Source of the DNA: Candidatus Aenigmatarchaeota archaeon
Lineage (GTDB): Archaea; Aenigmatarchaeota; Aenigmatarchaeia; JACPZZ01
Assembly: GCA_016180965.1 (NCBI GenBank)
Contig: JACPAF010000002.1
Location: forward strand, 82,529-146,528
Direction: 5' to 3'
DNA length: 64,000 bases
Shown here: one piece after another, positions 62,640-64,000 of the stretch
How positions within the stretch are numbered: the first letter of the stretch is position 1
How the letters are laid out: every line of letters starts with the position of its first letter
Notes under the pieces: generated by a model
The model's database searches: none
What the model was told of the DNA's origin: nothing
The model's input: only the letters and a program-made list of their open reading frames with translations
Translations under genes and position numbers: made by a program

Positions 62640-63734
62640 TTATTTCCCTGTTTTATTGTAGATCTCCCATTTTATTTCCCTTCCAAACAGCATTTTAACA
62701 ACGGCTTCGAGGGAAAATAACCCGGTGAACGCCATCAAAGGGATCATCATAGGCGAATAAAAAATAAACCTGTAGTTTTTGTATTTAATTGAGCATACAA
62801 GCGAGAATACCGCCAAAGAAAATATCGTGAGCAAAATGGAATTTATTGCAAACTGGCTGCCGGAGATTATCTGATATATATTGAACGGTATGGACAAAGC
62901 TGCAATTATATAAAAAGCGGACATGAATATTGACGACGCATTTCCCATAGACATCGCCTCAAGTACGAATCCTTTGCTTAACCTCAACAGACCTTTGCGA
63001 AGGCCGTTTAAAGTTTCGGGCGCATGCTCGTATGTTTTCGCAGTTGAATGTTCAACCGAAAAGTTGCGTTTCTTTGCGTCTTCAACAAACCACCAGTCCT
63101 CTATGAAGCTGTTGCGGAATTTTATTTTCTCAAAGACTTTGGATTTTACCAAGGAACCGATGCCTATGAACTCCCCATTTCGTAAAAATTTATTGAGCCC
63201 TTCGGACAAGCGCGGGCCGATATATAATACATAAGCATAAAACTTGCCTTTCAGGGTTTTTTCGGATATCGAAAGATAATCCGCAACTACTATGTCTGCA
63301 TCGTGAGTTAACATCTTTTTTAGCCAATCCTTTTCCAGCACACAGTCTGCATCGGTAAACGCGACATAGTCCGTTTTAACCTTTTTCAAAGCCGTGTTCA
63401 AAGCGAACCATTTTCCGCGCCTCTCCTTTTCCATCATGTATTCGATCTTGTGTTCTCCGGCTAATTTTTTGCATTCTTCGACTGTTTCTTGATTACCGCC
63501 GCCGACTACAATAATACGGATATTTTCAACCGGGTAATTTTGGGTTAAAATTGAGTTAACGCACTTGGCGACACGCCTACCTTCGTTCCATACTGCCACG
63601 ATAAAAGTTAATTTTGGCTGTTTTGTTACCAAGCTCGGTTTTTTTGACAGCTGTATCAGCATTCCCAAACTGCACAAAAAAACCAGAGGGATAAGAATAA
63701 ACATCCACAAGTAGGACAAAAATGCCAACGACAT
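62640..63734 (-). CDS. Membrane glycosyltransferase family 2, paralogue B
   Basis: 'TFIVAVWNEGRRVAKCVNSILTQNYP' and 'FTDADCVL'. Collinear with 61530..62627. Confidence 0.85.
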   Translation of the reverse strand: MSLAFLSYLWMFILIPLVFLCSLGMLIQLSKKPSLVTKQPKLTFIVAVWNEGRRVAKCVNSILTQNYPVENIRIIVVGGGNQETVEECKKLAGEHKIEYMMEKERRGKWFALNTALKKVKTDYVAFTDADCVLEKDWLKKMLTHDADIVVADYLSISEKTLKGKFYAYVLYIGPRLSEGLNKFLRNGEFIGIGSLVKSKVFEKIKFRNSFIEDWWFVEDAKKRNFSVEHSTAKTYEHAPETLNGLRKGLLRLSKGFVLEAMSMGNASSIFMSAFYIIAALSIPFNIYQIISGSQFAINSILLTIFSLAVFSLVCSIKYKNYRFIFYSPMMIPLMAFTGLFSLEAVVKMLFGREIKWEIYNKTGK

Positions 63735-63850
63735 CGTACTATTCCTCTCTCAAGTTGTTAATTCTTTGCTATTAATAAGTTGTGAAATCCATTAAAAATT
63801 TTAACGTTCGAATTTCCCAATAAAAACCATGAGCAAGAAAATTCATTATT

Positions 63851-64000
63851 TTATATAGGCTTGGTAAAGCCCCATTTGCCGAGTGCTGCATGCAATTCCA
63901 CGTGGGTTTTAGCGTAATCTGAAAGGGGTATTCCGAGGTGATAGCTTTCTATAGCTTGCATGACCGCTCTTGCTCCGGCTTCAGCTCCCGCCGGGTGGCC
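63851..64000 (-). CDS. rbcL: RuBisCO large subunit (form III-like), C-terminal 49 aa; the rest is outside the window
   Basis: Manual translation gives 'GHPAGAEAGARAVMQAIESYHLGIPLSDYAKTHVELHAALGKWGFTKPI*', which matches the conserved RbcL C-terminus (GHPxGxxAGAxAxRQA...EL..AL..WG). Confidence 0.75.
   Translation of the reverse strand, partial: GHPAGAEAGARAVMQAIESYHLGIPLSDYAKTHVELHAALGKWGFTKPI

Overview
The window is archaeal. It carries aEF-2, EF-1alpha, aSUI1, RNase P Rpp29 and the archaea/eukaryote-specific ribosomal proteins eS4, eL32 and eL19. Small tightly packed genes, many orphan ORFs, intron-containing tRNAs and a RuBisCO large-subunit fragment suggest a DPANN-like small-genome lineage; that placement is inference only.

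Layout:
- 1-3.5 kb: a broken EF-2/EF-1alpha block and an intron-containing tRNA-Ser.
- 3.5-12.5 kb: surface proteins, orphan ORFs and housekeeping genes.
- 12.8-23.1 kb: a 22-gene ribosomal-protein operon, rpl3 through rpl18, with GGTG-type Shine-Dalgarno sites and overlapping stop/start codons.
- 23-37 kb: membrane proteins, lipoate ligase, ScpB, Hel308, an orphan cassette, RadB and transporters.
- 37.8-41.6 kb: Cdc48 carrying a 504-aa LAGLIDADG intein.
- 42-49.7 kb: a HAD/nucleoside-hydrolase cluster, MAP, Trm5, a sigma70-region-4-like ORF, tRNA-Leu and msrA/msrB.
- 49.7-64 kb: HEXXH proteins, lectin-type pilin-like proteins, E1 alpha/beta, LipA, NIF3, a PurF-like gene, PAP2, two GT2 genes and the RuBisCO 3' end.

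No rRNA, CRISPR array, transposase, integrase or reverse transcriptase was seen.

Candidates most worth follow-up:
1. A 124-aa ORF translationally coupled between rpl2 and rps19, with a pattern resembling the Tpt1/KptA ADP-ribosyltransferase lobe.
2. An orphan four-gene cassette at 31.8-34.0 kb with two roughly 260-290-aa paralogues, divergent from a PIN-fusion gene.
3. Three paralogous class-III-signal (pilin-like) proteins carrying fibrinogen-like or LamG lectin modules. One has a nested domain and one is frameshifted in an A6 run.
4. A bacterial RpoD region-4-like ORF next to an intron-containing tRNA-Leu whose 3' end abuts a 5'-truncated msrA.
5. A conserved double-hairpin element present three times.
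6. An in-frame TGA at a conserved Trp position in E1 alpha.

All calls rest on reading the supplied translations and sequence by eye. No database search or folding computation was run.
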